From contig QCDI01000011.1 in NCBI GenBank assembly GCA_003280965.1, positions 1-64,000 of the forward strand: a stretch of 64,000 nt of DNA, read 5' to 3'. Source of the DNA: Prochlorococcus sp. AG-355-B18 (GTDB taxonomy: Bacteria; Cyanobacteriota; Cyanobacteriia; PCC-6307; Cyanobiaceae). The notes beneath the pieces are model-generated. The model did no database searches. It was not told the DNA's origin and saw only the letters and a program-made list of their open reading frames with translations. Below, piece by piece: positions 52,281-62,846 of the stretch (the first letter of the stretch is position 1; the number at the start of each line of letters is the position of its first letter). The position numbers were made by a program, and so were the translations under genes.

Positions 52281-53447
52281 GTGGTTCATATTGCCTGGTT
52301 AGGTAAAAAATCTCCTTTTTGTGGAAATGTAACCTATGGTAATTCAACTACCGAGGAATTAAAAAAAAGGGGGCATAAAATTAGTTTTATTCATTTCGAC
52401 AATCCTTCTAGTTCAAATTCATCAAAACCATTATTTCTGGCAAATGATCCTGATGTAAGTCTCCCATATTTAATTAAGTCGCAAGTTTATACAATACCCT
52501 CCCCTAGAGCAGAAAAAGAGCTAAGGCTATCATTGGAAAGATTAAAACCTGATATAGTACATGCGAGCCTAACTTTATCTCCATTAGATTTTAGACTTCC
52601 AGATCTTTGCAATGAAATTAATATTCCACTTATAGGAACATTTCACCCACCATTTGATGCAAAAAATAGAAATTTAACTGCGAGCACTCAACAATTAACA
52701 TATCAACTTTACGCACCATCTCTAGCAAAGTTTGATAGGGTAATAACCTTTTCTCAGCCTCAAAAAAATGTTCTTGAGAAATTAGGAGTGCCTAAAGAAA
52801 AACTAATAATAATTCCAAACGGCGTTGATGAAAATATTTGGCGACCTTTTTGCGGAAAAAATAAAAAACATGATCAGGTAAAAAATAAACTTGGAAATGA
52901 AAGAATCTTCTTATACATGGGAAGGATTGCCAATGAAAAAAATATTGAGGCACTTTTACGGTCTTGGCGCCAAACAAAAAACAATAATTGTAAATTAGTT
53001 ATTGTTGGAGATGGACCAATGAAGCCAACACTTGAAAATAGTTTTTCAAATCTTAGTAATGAGAAATTAATTTGGTGGGGTGCCGAATTAGATTTAGAAA
53101 CTAGGGTAGCGATAATGCAAATTGCAGAAGTATTTTTTTTACCAAGCTTAGTAGAAGGTTTGTCATTATCACTTTTAGAGGCAATGTCTACTGGTACTGC
53201 ATGTGTAGCCACAGATGCCGGAGCTGATGGTGAAGTATTAGATAATGGAGCAGGAATTGTAATTTCGACTGATAATGTAGCTGCACAACTAAAAACTATA
53301 ATCCCAATTATGGTTGAACACCCATCATTTACAAAAGATCTTGGGCAAAAAGCTAGAGATCGAGTACTTGAAAGGTATACAATTACTAAAAATATAAATT
53401 CACTAGAGGAAGTTTATGTGGACTTAAAAGCTAATTACAGAAACTAA
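52281..53447 (+). CDS. GT4 glycosyltransferase
   Basis: IPNGVD, GRIANEKN and EGLSLSLLEAM. Confidence 0.9.
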   Translation: MVHIAWLGKKSPFCGNVTYGNSTTEELKKRGHKISFIHFDNPSSSNSSKPLFLANDPDVSLPYLIKSQVYTIPSPRAEKELRLSLERLKPDIVHASLTLSPLDFRLPDLCNEINIPLIGTFHPPFDAKNRNLTASTQQLTYQLYAPSLAKFDRVITFSQPQKNVLEKLGVPKEKLIIIPNGVDENIWRPFCGKNKKHDQVKNKLGNERIFLYMGRIANEKNIEALLRSWRQTKNNNCKLVIVGDGPMKPTLENSFSNLSNEKLIWWGAELDLETRVAIMQIAEVFFLPSLVEGLSLSLLEAMSTGTACVATDAGADGEVLDNGAGIVISTDNVAAQLKTIIPIMVEHPSFTKDLGQKARDRVLERYTITKNINSLEEVYVDLKANYRN

Positions 53448-54256
53448 TTAAATTCTTTACTTCGGTTACTCGCTGAAACTATTGATTCAATTAAAGCTGA
53501 TCTTACACTTTTTTTTTCTAAAACTCTCAAAGCAGAAATAGTTGTTCCCCCTGGAGAAGTTACTAAATTTTTAAGCTCGGAAGGTGTTAGTTGATTTTCT
53601 TTTATTAAACTAATAGTTCCTAGTATCATCTCCATAATAAGTTCTTCTGAAAGTATCTTTGGTAATCCGCCACTCAACCCTCCATCACTTAATGCTTCTA
53701 TAATTAAAGCAATAATTGCAGGACCTGATGATGTCAAAGCTAAAAATATATCGAGGTAATCTTCAGTAAATTCGTAAATCTTACTTGTATTTTCAAATAA
53801 TTTTTTTGTGATTTGTTTCTGATCTTTTGTAAGATTTTCACCCCAAGCAATTCCTGTTAAACCCTTTCCAACTGTTATTGGAATATTTGTAACAACTCTC
53901 ACACATTTATGGTTAGGAAATTTTTGAGTAAGTCTATTTATTGAAACACCAGCAAGAATTGAAACTAACAAATTGTCCTTATTTGATATGTTACCGGCCT
54001 CACTTATATTTTTAAGATGCTGAGGTTTTACAGAGAGAAGTTTAACTTGACAATCCCAAATTATTTTTGAATCTTTAGAACTTGACTTATAGGCATTTAT
54101 ATTATGTTTATAATTTTTTTTTATATTTTCTAGACTTTTTTCAGAATTTACAACACAAAAAACGTTCTCTGGCTGAATTAAATTTTTATCTAATAGAGGA
54201 GTTATTATAGCTTTTGCAATATTTCCAAAACCAATAATCGCAATTTTGTCAGTCAC
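53444..54256 (-). CDS. proC: Pyrroline-5-carboxylate reductase
   Basis: IGFGNI, VKPQ, SGPA and VTSPGGTT. Confidence 0.95.
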   Translation of the reverse strand: MTDKIAIIGFGNIAKAIITPLLDKNLIQPENVFCVVNSEKSLENIKKNYKHNINAYKSSSKDSKIIWDCQVKLLSVKPQHLKNISEAGNISNKDNLLVSILAGVSINRLTQKFPNHKCVRVVTNIPITVGKGLTGIAWGENLTKDQKQITKKLFENTSKIYEFTEDYLDIFLALTSSGPAIIALIIEALSDGGLSGGLPKILSEELIMEMILGTISLIKENQLTPSELKNLVTSPGGTTISALRVLEKKSVRSALIESIVSASNRSKEFN

Positions 54257-54263
54257 AGATTAA

Positions 54264-54830
54264 TCATGAATAAGCACTTAATTTAGAATTTCCCCATGCA
54301 GGTTCGGGAGCAGTGTTATTTTCAAAATTATATTGTGGTGTGTTTTTAGTAGGCACATTTGAAGGAGAAGCTTCTTCAGGTGAAGAACTAGTTACATTTA
54401 CACAACTTGGAGCAAAAAGGAAAATACTTTCACCCACTCTTTCTTGATGTCCATCAATTGCATATGTTCCACCAGCAATAAAATCAACCGCTCTTTGAGC
54501 TTGATCAGGATCCATCATAGTTAAATTAAGAATTACAGTTTTCCTCTCTCTTAATGCTTGAATAGCTTGAGGCATCTCATCGAAACTTCTCGGTTCCATT
54601 AAGCTTACTTCTGAGGATGAATTAGAGATCCCAGGCATTCCAACAACTTTAGATGATCTATTATTATTCATAAATTCGAAAGGATTTGAATTTGCAAGAG
54701 CATTTGAATTTCTTTGATTTTGTTTGAAATCATTTAATTCATCCTCTGATGGATAATCCAACTCATCAAAATCATCATCGAGATACTCATCCCCTGCAAC
54801 AACTGCCTTTAATTTAGAAATAAGTGACAC
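54264..54830 (-). CDS. sepF: Cell division protein SepF
   Basis: EPRSF...[16 protein letters not shown]. Confidence 0.95.
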   Translation of the reverse strand: MSLISKLKAVVAGDEYLDDDFDELDYPSEDELNDFKQNQRNSNALANSNPFEFMNNNRSSKVVGMPGISNSSSEVSLMEPRSFDEMPQAIQALRERKTVILNLTMMDPDQAQRAVDFIAGGTYAIDGHQERVGESIFLFAPSCVNVTSSSPEEASPSNVPTKNTPQYNFENNTAPEPAWGNSKLSAYS

Positions 54831-54979
54831 CTTTTAAATCCTCATAAAATAATTACTAAGGTTTAAGAACCTTAAGTAATAGATTCATTTTTTAAATGAA
54901 AAAACTACCTATACCTAGATAACGTTACTTGTTCTTTACTGCAAGTTTATAGATAAGATTTTTATAAATAAATAAATTA

Positions 54980-55615
54980 TTAGGATCTATCTCCAAAAAT
55001 TAATGAGCCTAATCTTAACCAGGTTGATCCAGAATCAATAGCCTCCTCCCAATCCCCTGACATACCCATTGAACAATCTGAAAGTTGAAGTGAATCAGCT
55101 AGAGAACGACATTTTTTAAACAATTCTGAATTTTCATTGGAGCTAAGTCCTCTAGGATTAATAGTCATCAAACCCTTTAATGTAATGTTTTTCAATTCTT
55201 GTATTTCACTCCACTTGGATATTAAAAGATCAGGCTCAAAACCCCCTTTAGAAGGGTCATCACTTAACTTAACCTGCAACATTATATATGGATTTTTCTT
55301 CTCTTCATATGAAATTCTAGAAATCTTTTGCAACTTTTCAAATGAATCTACTGAGTGAATGTATTTAAAATTTTGAACAATCTTTCTTATTTTATTACTT
55401 TGTATTCTTCCAATAAAGTGCCATTTTATTTGTTTAAGATCTTTTAATATCAATTGCTTCTCAAAAGCCTCTTGATACTTACTCTCACCAAAATCATTCT
55501 GACCTAAATTATGAATAGTCTTGATTTCTTGACTTTTAAAACCTTTACTTACAGCAAGTATATTTACATTTGATGGGATTTGAGTTTTTATTTTTAAATA
55601 ATTTGAAGGGTTCAC
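54980..55615 (-). CDS. pipY: PLP homeostasis protein YggS/PipY
   Basis: LAVSK, WHFIGRIQSNK and SMGMSGD. Confidence 0.93.
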   Translation of the reverse strand: MNPSNYLKIKTQIPSNVNILAVSKGFKSQEIKTIHNLGQNDFGESKYQEAFEKQLILKDLKQIKWHFIGRIQSNKIRKIVQNFKYIHSVDSFEKLQKISRISYEEKKNPYIMLQVKLSDDPSKGGFEPDLLISKWSEIQELKNITLKGLMTINPRGLSSNENSELFKKCRSLADSLQLSDCSMGMSGDWEEAIDSGSTWLRLGSLIFGDRS

Positions 55616-55618
55616 CTT

Positions 55619-55885
55619 TTACAAAAAAGTTTGTGTGAATAAATTCTCCCATTTCGGAAGATCTTCAGATGCTTTTCGTCTAGCTCTTTGAAGACTCAAT
55701 TCGGCCTGATTTCGGGCATCAAGATAAGGTATAACTTCAAAAAAAACTTCTCTCTGCCTGATTTCTACCAAAAAAAACATTTTTTGTGCATATAAAGTCG
55801 CATAAATATCTCTCCCATCATTTCCAGGAGAGACTTGGTACAACATTCCAAATGTTGGATGGTTTAAATAACGCTCGGAACTCAA
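55619..55885 (-). CDS. pipX: PII-interacting protein X
   Basis: YLNHPTFGMLY and TLYAQKMFF. Confidence 0.95.
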   Translation of the reverse strand: MSSERYLNHPTFGMLYQVSPGNDGRDIYATLYAQKMFFLVEIRQREVFFEVIPYLDARNQAELSLQRARRKASEDLPKWENLFTQTFL

Positions 55886-55903
55886 ACTTAAATATTGTGT
55901 TAT

Positions 55904-56818
55904 TTATAATGCACCATACAGTTTTCTCAGAAAAATTGCTATGCAAATAAAACATATCGATAATGTATTAACAATTACATTTAGAGATTTGGAGGGATAA
56001 ATGGTTCTGAATCTATTAGTTTTTATAATAATTTTTTTCTTAGAGAATAATGATTCTGCGCCTTGGTCAATTCTCAGAAATATATTTTGAAATAATCTTT
56101 CTACCAAAGTTAATAAGACATCAAATGATTTCTTTAATCCTAAATTTCGAAAATTTATTGATCTTACTGACACTGATTTAATTATATTTTGCAATTCTTC
56201 CTGCACTAATGGAATAAAACGCAACGCAATTAATAACTGAAAAAGCCACTTATTAAGTGGCAATCCAATTTTTCTTAATGGGGAAAGAAACCAACTTATC
56301 GCCCATACAATATCTTCTTGTAATGTAGTTAATAGCATCAAATTAACACTATGAATAACAGTAAATATCAAGGTGGAAGTTTTTATTCCTAATTGAAAGG
56401 CATTTCTTGATAAGTTGAAGGGACCAAAATTTATAAACCATATCTTCTGTGAAGGAATTTGCAAAATGTTCCATTCCTTATGGTTTTCAACTACCACATG
56501 TAATTCTTTGGGATTTCTTAAATAGCTATCTAGAGATTGAATATCAGAAGATGCAAGCATTGATAAACATCCAATTAACAATGATAAGCATAAGAGAATA
56601 AACATTGAACGCCACCATACTCTTGATGGCAATAAACTTATAAAAGTAACCAATAGTAAACAACCAACTAAACTCAATCTCCATATAGGGCCTGCCCATA
56701 TTGGAGTGATTAGAAATATCATTACCATGATTATTTTTAATCTACTATCTATAATTCTTAGCCAACTTCTATTACCGGAAACGTATTGCCCAACAGAAAA
56801 TTTGGTAAGTATATTCAT
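55904..56818 (-). CDS. ECF transporter T component (CbiQ/EcfT family)
   Basis: DSRLK and ALRFIPLVQEE motifs; hydrophobic. Confidence 0.82.
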   Translation of the reverse strand: MNILTKFSVGQYVSGNRSWLRIIDSRLKIIMVMIFLITPIWAGPIWRLSLVGCLLLVTFISLLPSRVWWRSMFILLCLSLLIGCLSMLASSDIQSLDSYLRNPKELHVVVENHKEWNILQIPSQKIWFINFGPFNLSRNAFQLGIKTSTLIFTVIHSVNLMLLTTLQEDIVWAISWFLSPLRKIGLPLNKWLFQLLIALRFIPLVQEELQNIIKSVSVRSINFRNLGLKKSFDVLLTLVERLFQNIFLRIDQGAESLFSKKKIIIKTNRFRTIYPSKSLNVIVNTLSICFICIAIFLRKLYGAL

Positions 56819-58191
56819 TAATCTTTTTGTATTAACTCAATATTTTCCTTTTCGACTTCTTTATTTAATGCTCTTTGCTGTTTACCCCTCCACAATAAAA
56901 TTAGAGGTGTGCCTTCAAACCCTAAATTTAATCTAATTTGTTTTTCAATATATCTTCTATAAGTTATTCCAAATAATTTTGGGTCGTTTACAAAAAGAGT
57001 AAAAGTGGGAGGTTTATTCTTTACTTGAGTACCGTAATAAAGCCTACCTTGCTTGCCGCTTCTTTTCGTTGGAGGACTCTTCCAACTAATAGATTCTTTT
57101 AGCACTTCATTCACAACGGATGTTGTAACTCTTCTTCTATGTTGATTTACAGCATTAAGAGCATGCTCAAAAATATTCTCAACTCTTTGCCCCGTTAGGG
57201 CAGATATAAAAATCATTTTTGACCAATGTAAAAAATAAAGTTTAGATCTAAGTTCTTTTTCTACTTGATAAATTGTAGAACTATTTTTTTCTACAAGATC
57301 CCATTTATTAACAACAATTATACAAGCTCTTCCTTGTTCCTCTATTCTCCCTGCCAACTTCTGGTCTTGATCAGTTACTCCATCTATAGCATCTATAACT
57401 AAGACACATACATCACTTCTATCAATAGATTTAAAAGCTCTATTAATACCAAAGAATTCTGTACCATATTTAACATTCTTCTTTCTTCTAATCCCAGCAG
57501 TATCAACAATTTTCCATTGAATATCATCTTTTTTAAAAAGCATATCAATTGAATCAGTTGTAGTTCCACTAATATCACTAACTATTGCTCTTTTTTCTCC
57601 TGAGATTGAATTTAACAAACTAGATTTACCAACATTTGGCCTGCCAATAATCGACATCATTATCTTTTCCTCCTCATCCTGAATATTATTTTCGGGAAGT
57701 TCATCAATAACGAGATCTAAAAGATCGCCAGTACCTGAACCATGAATAGCGGAAACAGGGTAAGGTTCGCCTAATCCTAATTTCCAGAACTCAGAGGCTA
57801 AAGAGATTCCCAGAGTAGTAGATTCACATTTATTAACAGCAACAATTGTTTTACAGCTTGAGTTCCTTAACCATTTTGCTATTGATAAATCACCATCAGT
57901 AACTCCTTGATTCCCATCTACCACAAGTAAAGCGATTGAAGCCTCTTCTAGGGCTAAATAAACTTGTGTCCGTATCTCGGGTAAAAATTCACTATCATCA
58001 TCAAAAACTAACCCTCCAGTGTCAACTATTTGGAATTCCTTACCACCCCATGAAGCATTTTGATAAGTTCTATCTCTTGTAACACCAGGCTTATCAAATA
58101 CTATTGCATCATTACTCTCGCAAAGACGATTTACCAAGGTAGATTTACCAACATTAGGTCTCCCGATTATTGCTATTTTTGGAAGAATCAA
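56818..58191 (-). CDS. der: Ribosome biogenesis GTPase Der
   Basis: Two GRPNVGKS G-domains. Confidence 0.97.
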   Translation of the reverse strand: MILPKIAIIGRPNVGKSTLVNRLCESNDAIVFDKPGVTRDRTYQNASWGGKEFQIVDTGGLVFDDDSEFLPEIRTQVYLALEEASIALLVVDGNQGVTDGDLSIAKWLRNSSCKTIVAVNKCESTTLGISLASEFWKLGLGEPYPVSAIHGSGTGDLLDLVIDELPENNIQDEEEKIMMSIIGRPNVGKSSLLNSISGEKRAIVSDISGTTTDSIDMLFKKDDIQWKIVDTAGIRRKKNVKYGTEFFGINRAFKSIDRSDVCVLVIDAIDGVTDQDQKLAGRIEEQGRACIIVVNKWDLVEKNSSTIYQVEKELRSKLYFLHWSKMIFISALTGQRVENIFEHALNAVNQHRRRVTTSVVNEVLKESISWKSPPTKRSGKQGRLYYGTQVKNKPPTFTLFVNDPKLFGITYRRYIEKQIRLNLGFEGTPLILLWRGKQQRALNKEVEKENIELIQKD

Positions 58192-58265
58192 TTCTTCTCT
58201 CCAAAGAAAATATTGTCTATAACAACTATACCTTTAATAGAATCATTTACCTTACCAAAAAAAAT

Positions 58266-58751
58266 TTATTTGATTTCTGGATCTCCAAAATGTCCTTTTG
58301 CTGGATTAAGAGGTGGTGAACTAAGACTTGGCGTTAATCCATTATCTTTTGATAAACAATCATTTTCAATCGCCCAATAAATCAACCAATTTACTGCAGT
58401 CGCCCTTCTAGTTCTTCTTGGATAGAGTTCATTAATCTTATAACCTTTAAAATTAAGAAAATTTTTCAATCCCTGTTTATAGTCTTTTGGAATTGATCGA
58501 GTCAAATGTACTGAAGCTGGTCGCTCTGAAATGATTTGAGGAGCTTTTTCAAATTTTCCTGACCAATAAGAAGGAGTTAATGCGCTAGAAACCCAATTAT
58601 TTAAAGTTGTTTCTCTAGTATAAAAAAGTCTTTCCCAAACCAATTCACAAACAAAAACATCACTAACCCTATCCTCTAGAACAAGAAATAATAGATCCTT
58701 ACATATTGGCCATGTAAATTGATTATCAACTAATTTTTCTTTTTTATGCAT
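58266..58751 (-). CDS. DUF1823-family protein
   Basis: LVWERL, RPASVHLTRSIP and PRRTRRATAVNWL. Confidence 0.75.
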   Translation of the reverse strand: MHKKEKLVDNQFTWPICKDLLFLVLEDRVSDVFVCELVWERLFYTRETTLNNWVSSALTPSYWSGKFEKAPQIISERPASVHLTRSIPKDYKQGLKNFLNFKGYKINELYPRRTRRATAVNWLIYWAIENDCLSKDNGLTPSLSSPPLNPAKGHFGDPEIK

Positions 58752-59506
58752 TAATCGAACCTTATCAAAATCAAAGAAAAATAAGGCATAAATTCCTTTT
58801 TATATTGAGATGCGTATTGAATAATTTGATCAGGCATGCCAACACTTAAAGCTATTAATGATGTATTGATGATATCCTCTTTTTTTAAAATTTCCCTGAC
58901 TAAATTCCATCTTTTGCCAACTTTCATAATGGCCAATACCGTTTTATTTGCCTTACTTTCCCTAATTAGGGTTGTTAATTCATATTCTGAAGATGGGCAT
59001 TCTTTGATGATTAATGTCTCGCCTTTTTTTAACAGATCAAAATCATTCAAAGCTGCTGCTGCTGAAATAGAGGAAATGCCAGGTATGGTTTTGGTAATAA
59101 TTTCAGCATGGTTATTTTTTATTAACCTCAAAATATTAGAAGAACTTGCAAATATTGAGGTATCTCCTAGACAAAGTAAAACAACTGATTCACCATTTTT
59201 TATAAATTTCACAATTTTTTCTACTGCGTTAGACCATATTTCATCAGGATCAAAATCCTTCTTAGCCATTGGAAAGATGATAGGTACATTTTTTTTAAAT
59301 TTGGTGTATTTCTTGACTATTTCTGCAGCAAAACTCTTTTTATTATCATCTGATATTGGAAAAACTATAACTTTCGCTTTTTTTATTGCCTCCACAGCAG
59401 CAATTGTTAAAAGCGATGGATCTCCAGGGCCTACACCAACAATGGTGAATGTTGGTAAATCAGTTTTATATCGATTAAGTAAACTTAAGAACTTGTTTAT
59501 TATCAT
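58751..59506 (-). CDS. cobI: Precorrin-2 C20-methyltransferase
   Basis: GVGPGDPSLLT, LGD, IPGISS and PYFSL. Confidence 0.9.
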   Translation of the reverse strand: MIINKFLSLLNRYKTDLPTFTIVGVGPGDPSLLTIAAVEAIKKAKVIVFPISDDNKKSFAAEIVKKYTKFKKNVPIIFPMAKKDFDPDEIWSNAVEKIVKFIKNGESVVLLCLGDTSIFASSSNILRLIKNNHAEIITKTIPGISSISAAAALNDFDLLKKGETLIIKECPSSEYELTTLIRESKANKTVLAIMKVGKRWNLVREILKKEDIINTSLIALSVGMPDQIIQYASQYKKEFMPYFSLILIRFD

Positions 59507-59522
59507 TTTTATTTTATTAACT

Positions 59523-60131
59523 TTAGCTATGTACTCTTGGCATCACAAAAGTTTCAGCTAGTATGGCTGACTCAATTTCAGACAATTCCTCTAACCTTTT
59601 ATAAGTTTGATTTTTAGAGAATTTAGTTTGTGCTAGTTTCCAGTAAACTCCAAAATGTCTTGCCTCACTCTCAAGCAGAGACTCATAGAGAGATTTAAAC
59701 GATTTATCTTCAGAATTCAGCGCAAGCAAGCTTAATCTTTCATGACTTCTTGCTTCAATAAGTCCTGCTATTAAGAAACTATCAAGCATTCTATTGGGCT
59801 CTTCCTTTCTTATATTCTTGGACAATTCAGCTCCATATGGAGGCGGTTTTAAGGACTCAAGAGAATGTCCAAGATCCTTTAAAAAATAAAGTATTTTTTC
59901 AAAATGCTCTAATTCCTCTCTCGCTATTGGACTAAGAACTTCTGCCAGATTTGGTTCTGATGGATATCTAAACATCAATTGAATAGCTACTCCTGCTGCT
60001 TTTCTTTCACAATGAGCATGGTCAATAAGAATATCTATTGGATTAGATAATGCAAGTTCGATCCACTTATCTGAGGTGAATGAGGATAAATATTTAATAT
60101 GAGAAGTGGGCCTTTTAAAATCGACTAGCAT
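59523..60131 (-). CDS. miaE: tRNA-(ms2io6A37) hydroxylase
   Basis: DHAHCERKAA, EELEHF, IEARSHER and SEARH di-iron motifs. Confidence 0.92.
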   Translation of the reverse strand: MLVDFKRPTSHIKYLSSFTSDKWIELALSNPIDILIDHAHCERKAAGVAIQLMFRYPSEPNLAEVLSPIAREELEHFEKILYFLKDLGHSLESLKPPPYGAELSKNIRKEEPNRMLDSFLIAGLIEARSHERLSLLALNSEDKSFKSLYESLLESEARHFGVYWKLAQTKFSKNQTYKRLEELSEIESAILAETFVMPRVHS

Positions 60132-60578
60132 TTAATCTTTATTACTTAAATATCCAATGATTCCTTCAAGAGCTAAGGTATAACTTGATATGCCGAATCC
60201 ACTAATAATTCCAATAGCTTTATCTGTAAGAAAAGATTCTTTACGAAAATCTTCTCTATTGAAAATATTTGAAATATGCAACTCTACAAACGGAACTTTT
60301 GATCCAATTAAAGCATCACGAATAGAAATCGAGGTATGAGTAAAAGCGCCAGCATTTATAAGAATTCCTTGGATACTTTTTACAGACTCCTGAATTTTAT
60401 CTACTATTTCTCCTTCATGATTACTTTGGAAACATTCAAGATTAATATTTTTTTCTTTAGCAACTTTAGTTAAATCTTTTTCTATATCACTCAATGTTTT
60501 ATTACCATATATTTCAGGTTCTCTAGTGCCCAAAAGATTTAGATTTGGTCCATTTATCAATAAAATATTCATCATCAA
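60132..60578 (-). CDS. aroQ: Type II 3-dehydroquinate dehydratase
   Basis: [19 protein letters not shown] and ELHISN. Confidence 0.96.
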   Translation of the reverse strand: MMMNILLINGPNLNLLGTREPEIYGNKTLSDIEKDLTKVAKEKNINLECFQSNHEGEIVDKIQESVKSIQGILINAGAFTHTSISIRDALIGSKVPFVELHISNIFNREDFRKESFLTDKAIGIISGFGISSYTLALEGIIGYLSNKD

Positions 60579-60675
60579 TAAAGTCTTTTTCTTTACAAAT
60601 GCTATCTATAAAGAAACAAAAAAACCAAAACAATTTCACACAAAGTGTCCATTAACTGATAAGTTCAAATAGTGG

Positions 60676-60757
60676 GGGTCGGTGCCCGAGTGGTTAAAGG
60701 GGGCGGACTGTAAATCCGCTGGCTCTGCCTACGTTGGTTCAAATCCAACCCGGCCCA
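60676..60757 (+). tRNA. tRNA-Tyr(GTA)
   Basis: Acceptor GGGTCGG/CCGGCCC, anticodon arm GCGGA-CTGTAAA-TCCGC, long variable arm, T-loop TTCAAAT. Confidence 0.97.
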
Positions 60758-60766
60758 CTTTAAATT

Positions 60767-60838
<72 letters not shown>

Positions 60839-60946
60839 TACCCAAAAGCCGAACTTCATTTAGGGAGTGGTTAATCTCTTTAATCCTTTGATATGAATTT
60901 ACTTCTGATCTTTCAGAAGCAAAATAGTGCGATAACTAGTGCATTA

Positions 60947-60991
60947 TTGACAATTAATCTAAAATAAGGGGCAATTAGCTCCCTTTTTATG
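60947..60991 (+). repeat. Promoter/leader repeat element, copy 1
   Basis: TTGACAATTAATCTAAAATAAGGGGCAATTAGCTCCCTTTTTATG; the final ATG is the start at 60989. Confidence 0.93.
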
Positions 60992-61978
60992 AAGAGATTT
61001 TTAATTCCTTTATTAGCTGCTCTTGCAATTCCAACTACCGTTAATGCAAATGTAGATCCCAAAATCACCGAGATTTGCATGAAAGCAACTGATTTCAAAG
61101 GTTGTGTGGAAAGTATGTCTGGTCAGCAGAATAATAATGTATCAATTAAATCAGGATATGACGAAGCTCTAATAGCTTTTGAAAAGGGAGATTCTTTAAA
61201 AGCAATTAAATCAATAAATTCTTATATTAAAAAGAATCCTAATTCTAAAGAAGGATATTTATTAAGAGCATTTATTAATACGTATGATTTATCAGAGTTT
61301 GATAAAGCCTTAGAAGATGTAGATAAAGCGATTGAGATAGATCAAAGTTATGCAATTGCTTACGCTTTAAAAGCAGATATTTTTTATTTTGATATTGGAG
61401 GCAGTGCATCTCAAACTAAAAAGATGCTAAATAAGGCTTTTGAAATTTCTCCTGATAATCCCTTCGTAAACTTTGTTAAAGGAGATTTCTATTACGATGA
61501 TTCTTTTGTTCTTCTTGATAAAGATAAAAAAGAATTGGCTATTAAATCCGCTGAAAAAGCATTGATCCATTTTGAAAAAGTAGTTGAAAATTATAAAAAT
61601 AATAAGGATTTGATAATTAAAAGAATTTATCCTCTTGGGATTACTTACGCTGCCACAGCCAGATTGGGTGAAGCAAAATTTGAACTTTATTTCATGTATA
61701 AGGACATTAAGGATAGAAAAACTGCCAAAACATATTTAGAAGAAGCCCTATCTCACTACACAAATGCTATTTCAATGGCTCCGTCACAAGAAAAGGCTGA
61801 AGAAATTGAGTTAGATAGAGATTTTGATTTAATAACTCCGGCAGATTTATATACTGAAAGAGGTAATATTTATAGTTGGATGAATAATAAGGTAAGGAAG
61901 GCCTGCAGTGATTGGAAGGTTGCCAAAGGATATGGAGATAAAGATGCACAGAAGAACTACAGAGAATTTAGATGTTGA
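60989..61978 (+). CDS. Secreted TPR-like repeat protein
   Basis: Signal peptide MKRFLIPLLAALAIPTTVNA; helical repeats such as YLLRA...KALEDVDKAIEID and LYTERG...ACSDW. Confidence 0.8.
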   Translation: MKRFLIPLLAALAIPTTVNANVDPKITEICMKATDFKGCVESMSGQQNNNVSIKSGYDEALIAFEKGDSLKAIKSINSYIKKNPNSKEGYLLRAFINTYDLSEFDKALEDVDKAIEIDQSYAIAYALKADIFYFDIGGSASQTKKMLNKAFEISPDNPFVNFVKGDFYYDDSFVLLDKDKKELAIKSAEKALIHFEKVVENYKNNKDLIIKRIYPLGITYAATARLGEAKFELYFMYKDIKDRKTAKTYLEEALSHYTNAISMAPSQEKAEEIELDRDFDLITPADLYTERGNIYSWMNNKVRKACSDWKVAKGYGDKDAQKNYREFRC

Positions 61979-61996
61979 ATTAATTAACAAAAATAA

Positions 61997-62023
61997 TTGA
62001 AATGCTTACTACCTGGACCGCTT
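61997..62023 (+). repeat. Degenerate MKRLLL signal-peptide stub
   Basis: TTGAAATGCTTACTACCTGGACCGCTT is 23/27 identical to 62495-62521. Confidence 0.8.
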
Positions 62024-62033
62024 TAGTTAGTAA

Positions 62034-62078
62034 TTGACAGTCGATCTACAATAAGGGTAATTAGCTCCTTTTTTTATG
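62034..62078 (+). repeat. Promoter/leader repeat element, copy 2
   Basis: TTGACAGTCGATCTACAATAAGGGTAATTAGCTCCTTTTTTTATG; the final ATG is the start at 62076. Confidence 0.93.
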
Positions 62079-62498
62079 GGAAATTATACAAATACCATTA
62101 ATTGGTTATTTGGTAGAGCTAGAGATTTTTTTGGTCCTGAACCAGGCACCTTAGTACCATTAAATATTTTGGCGGCTTTTTTTGCTCATGAACACTCCGA
62201 TGCTTCAATGAGGATATTGCATGGATATACTTCAATTGGATTAATAATTGGGATTTTTAGTACATTCAGTATTCTTGTGAATATTCGTTCAAAATTAAAG
62301 AGGATACGCGTTTTTGTTCCTCTTCTCATAATAAATATATGGGCATTTTATACAAATACATGGGTAGCCATAAATGGTATGGGGATCCCGTATGGGAAAC
62401 AATTCCATATATTTTTAGCAGTTTTAATAATATTTAATTATTCTATTTTTCGTAAATATACCAATTTAAAAGAAACTAGTGACCTAATAATTAAATGA
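62076..62498 (+). CDS. Hypothetical membrane protein (~3 TM)
   Basis: 140-aa ORF with three hydrophobic segments, starting at the repeat element's ATG. Confidence 0.7.
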   Translation: MGNYTNTINWLFGRARDFFGPEPGTLVPLNILAAFFAHEHSDASMRILHGYTSIGLIIGIFSTFSILVNIRSKLKRIRVFVPLLIINIWAFYTNTWVAINGMGIPYGKQFHIFLAVLIIFNYSIFRKYTNLKETSDLIIK

Positions 62499-62527
62499 AA
62501 CGCTTACTACTTGCACCGCTTGATTAA
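62495..62527 (+). pseudogene. MKRLLLAPLD* signal-peptide stub
   Basis: ATG overlaps the upstream TGA; its TAA overlaps the next ATG at 62527. Confidence 0.65.
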
Positions 62528-62784
62528 TGGCTAAGCCTCACTGGTTGATTAATTCTAAAAGAACAGAAGTGAAAAGATTTATAAAAAATGATAAGAGCAT
62601 TGAGGGAGTCTTCGAGTATATGTTTGTAGATACCGGAAAAATAGTTGGCGTATTTGGTATAGAACCACCCGTAATGACAACAACTGTCTCTCTAGATATA
62701 GATTTAGCGAGAGAAATTTATGAAAGATTACTTTCTCAGGGTTGAAGGAAAACTGAAGAAGTTTGCAAAAAAAAAGAGGGGTAA
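62527..62784 (+). pseudogene. DUF1651-like protein with a premature TGA near the C-terminus
   Basis: WLINSKRTEVKRF...AREIYERLLSQG*RKTEEV; the TGA at 62743 sits where GWRK is expected. Confidence 0.6.
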
Positions 62785-62803
62785 AGCTGCACCAAAGCCC
62801 CTC
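62767..62803 (-). terminator. Rho-independent terminator on the minus strand
   Basis: Minus strand reads GAGGGGC-N14-ACCCCTC-T9. Confidence 0.7.
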
Positions 62804-62846
62804 AAATAAAAGCACTGCGTAAACATAGTATTAACCTTTTGACTGA

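Noticed and set aside
53444..55885. pipX-pipY-sepF-proC cluster as a novel system
   Set aside because: It is a known conserved cyanobacterial arrangement.
58836..59561. 241-aa plus-strand ORF, and other ORFs nested in core genes (e.g. 576, 2997, 5735, 15077, 20999, 44950)
   Set aside because: They overlap well-supported genes and show no recognisable motifs.
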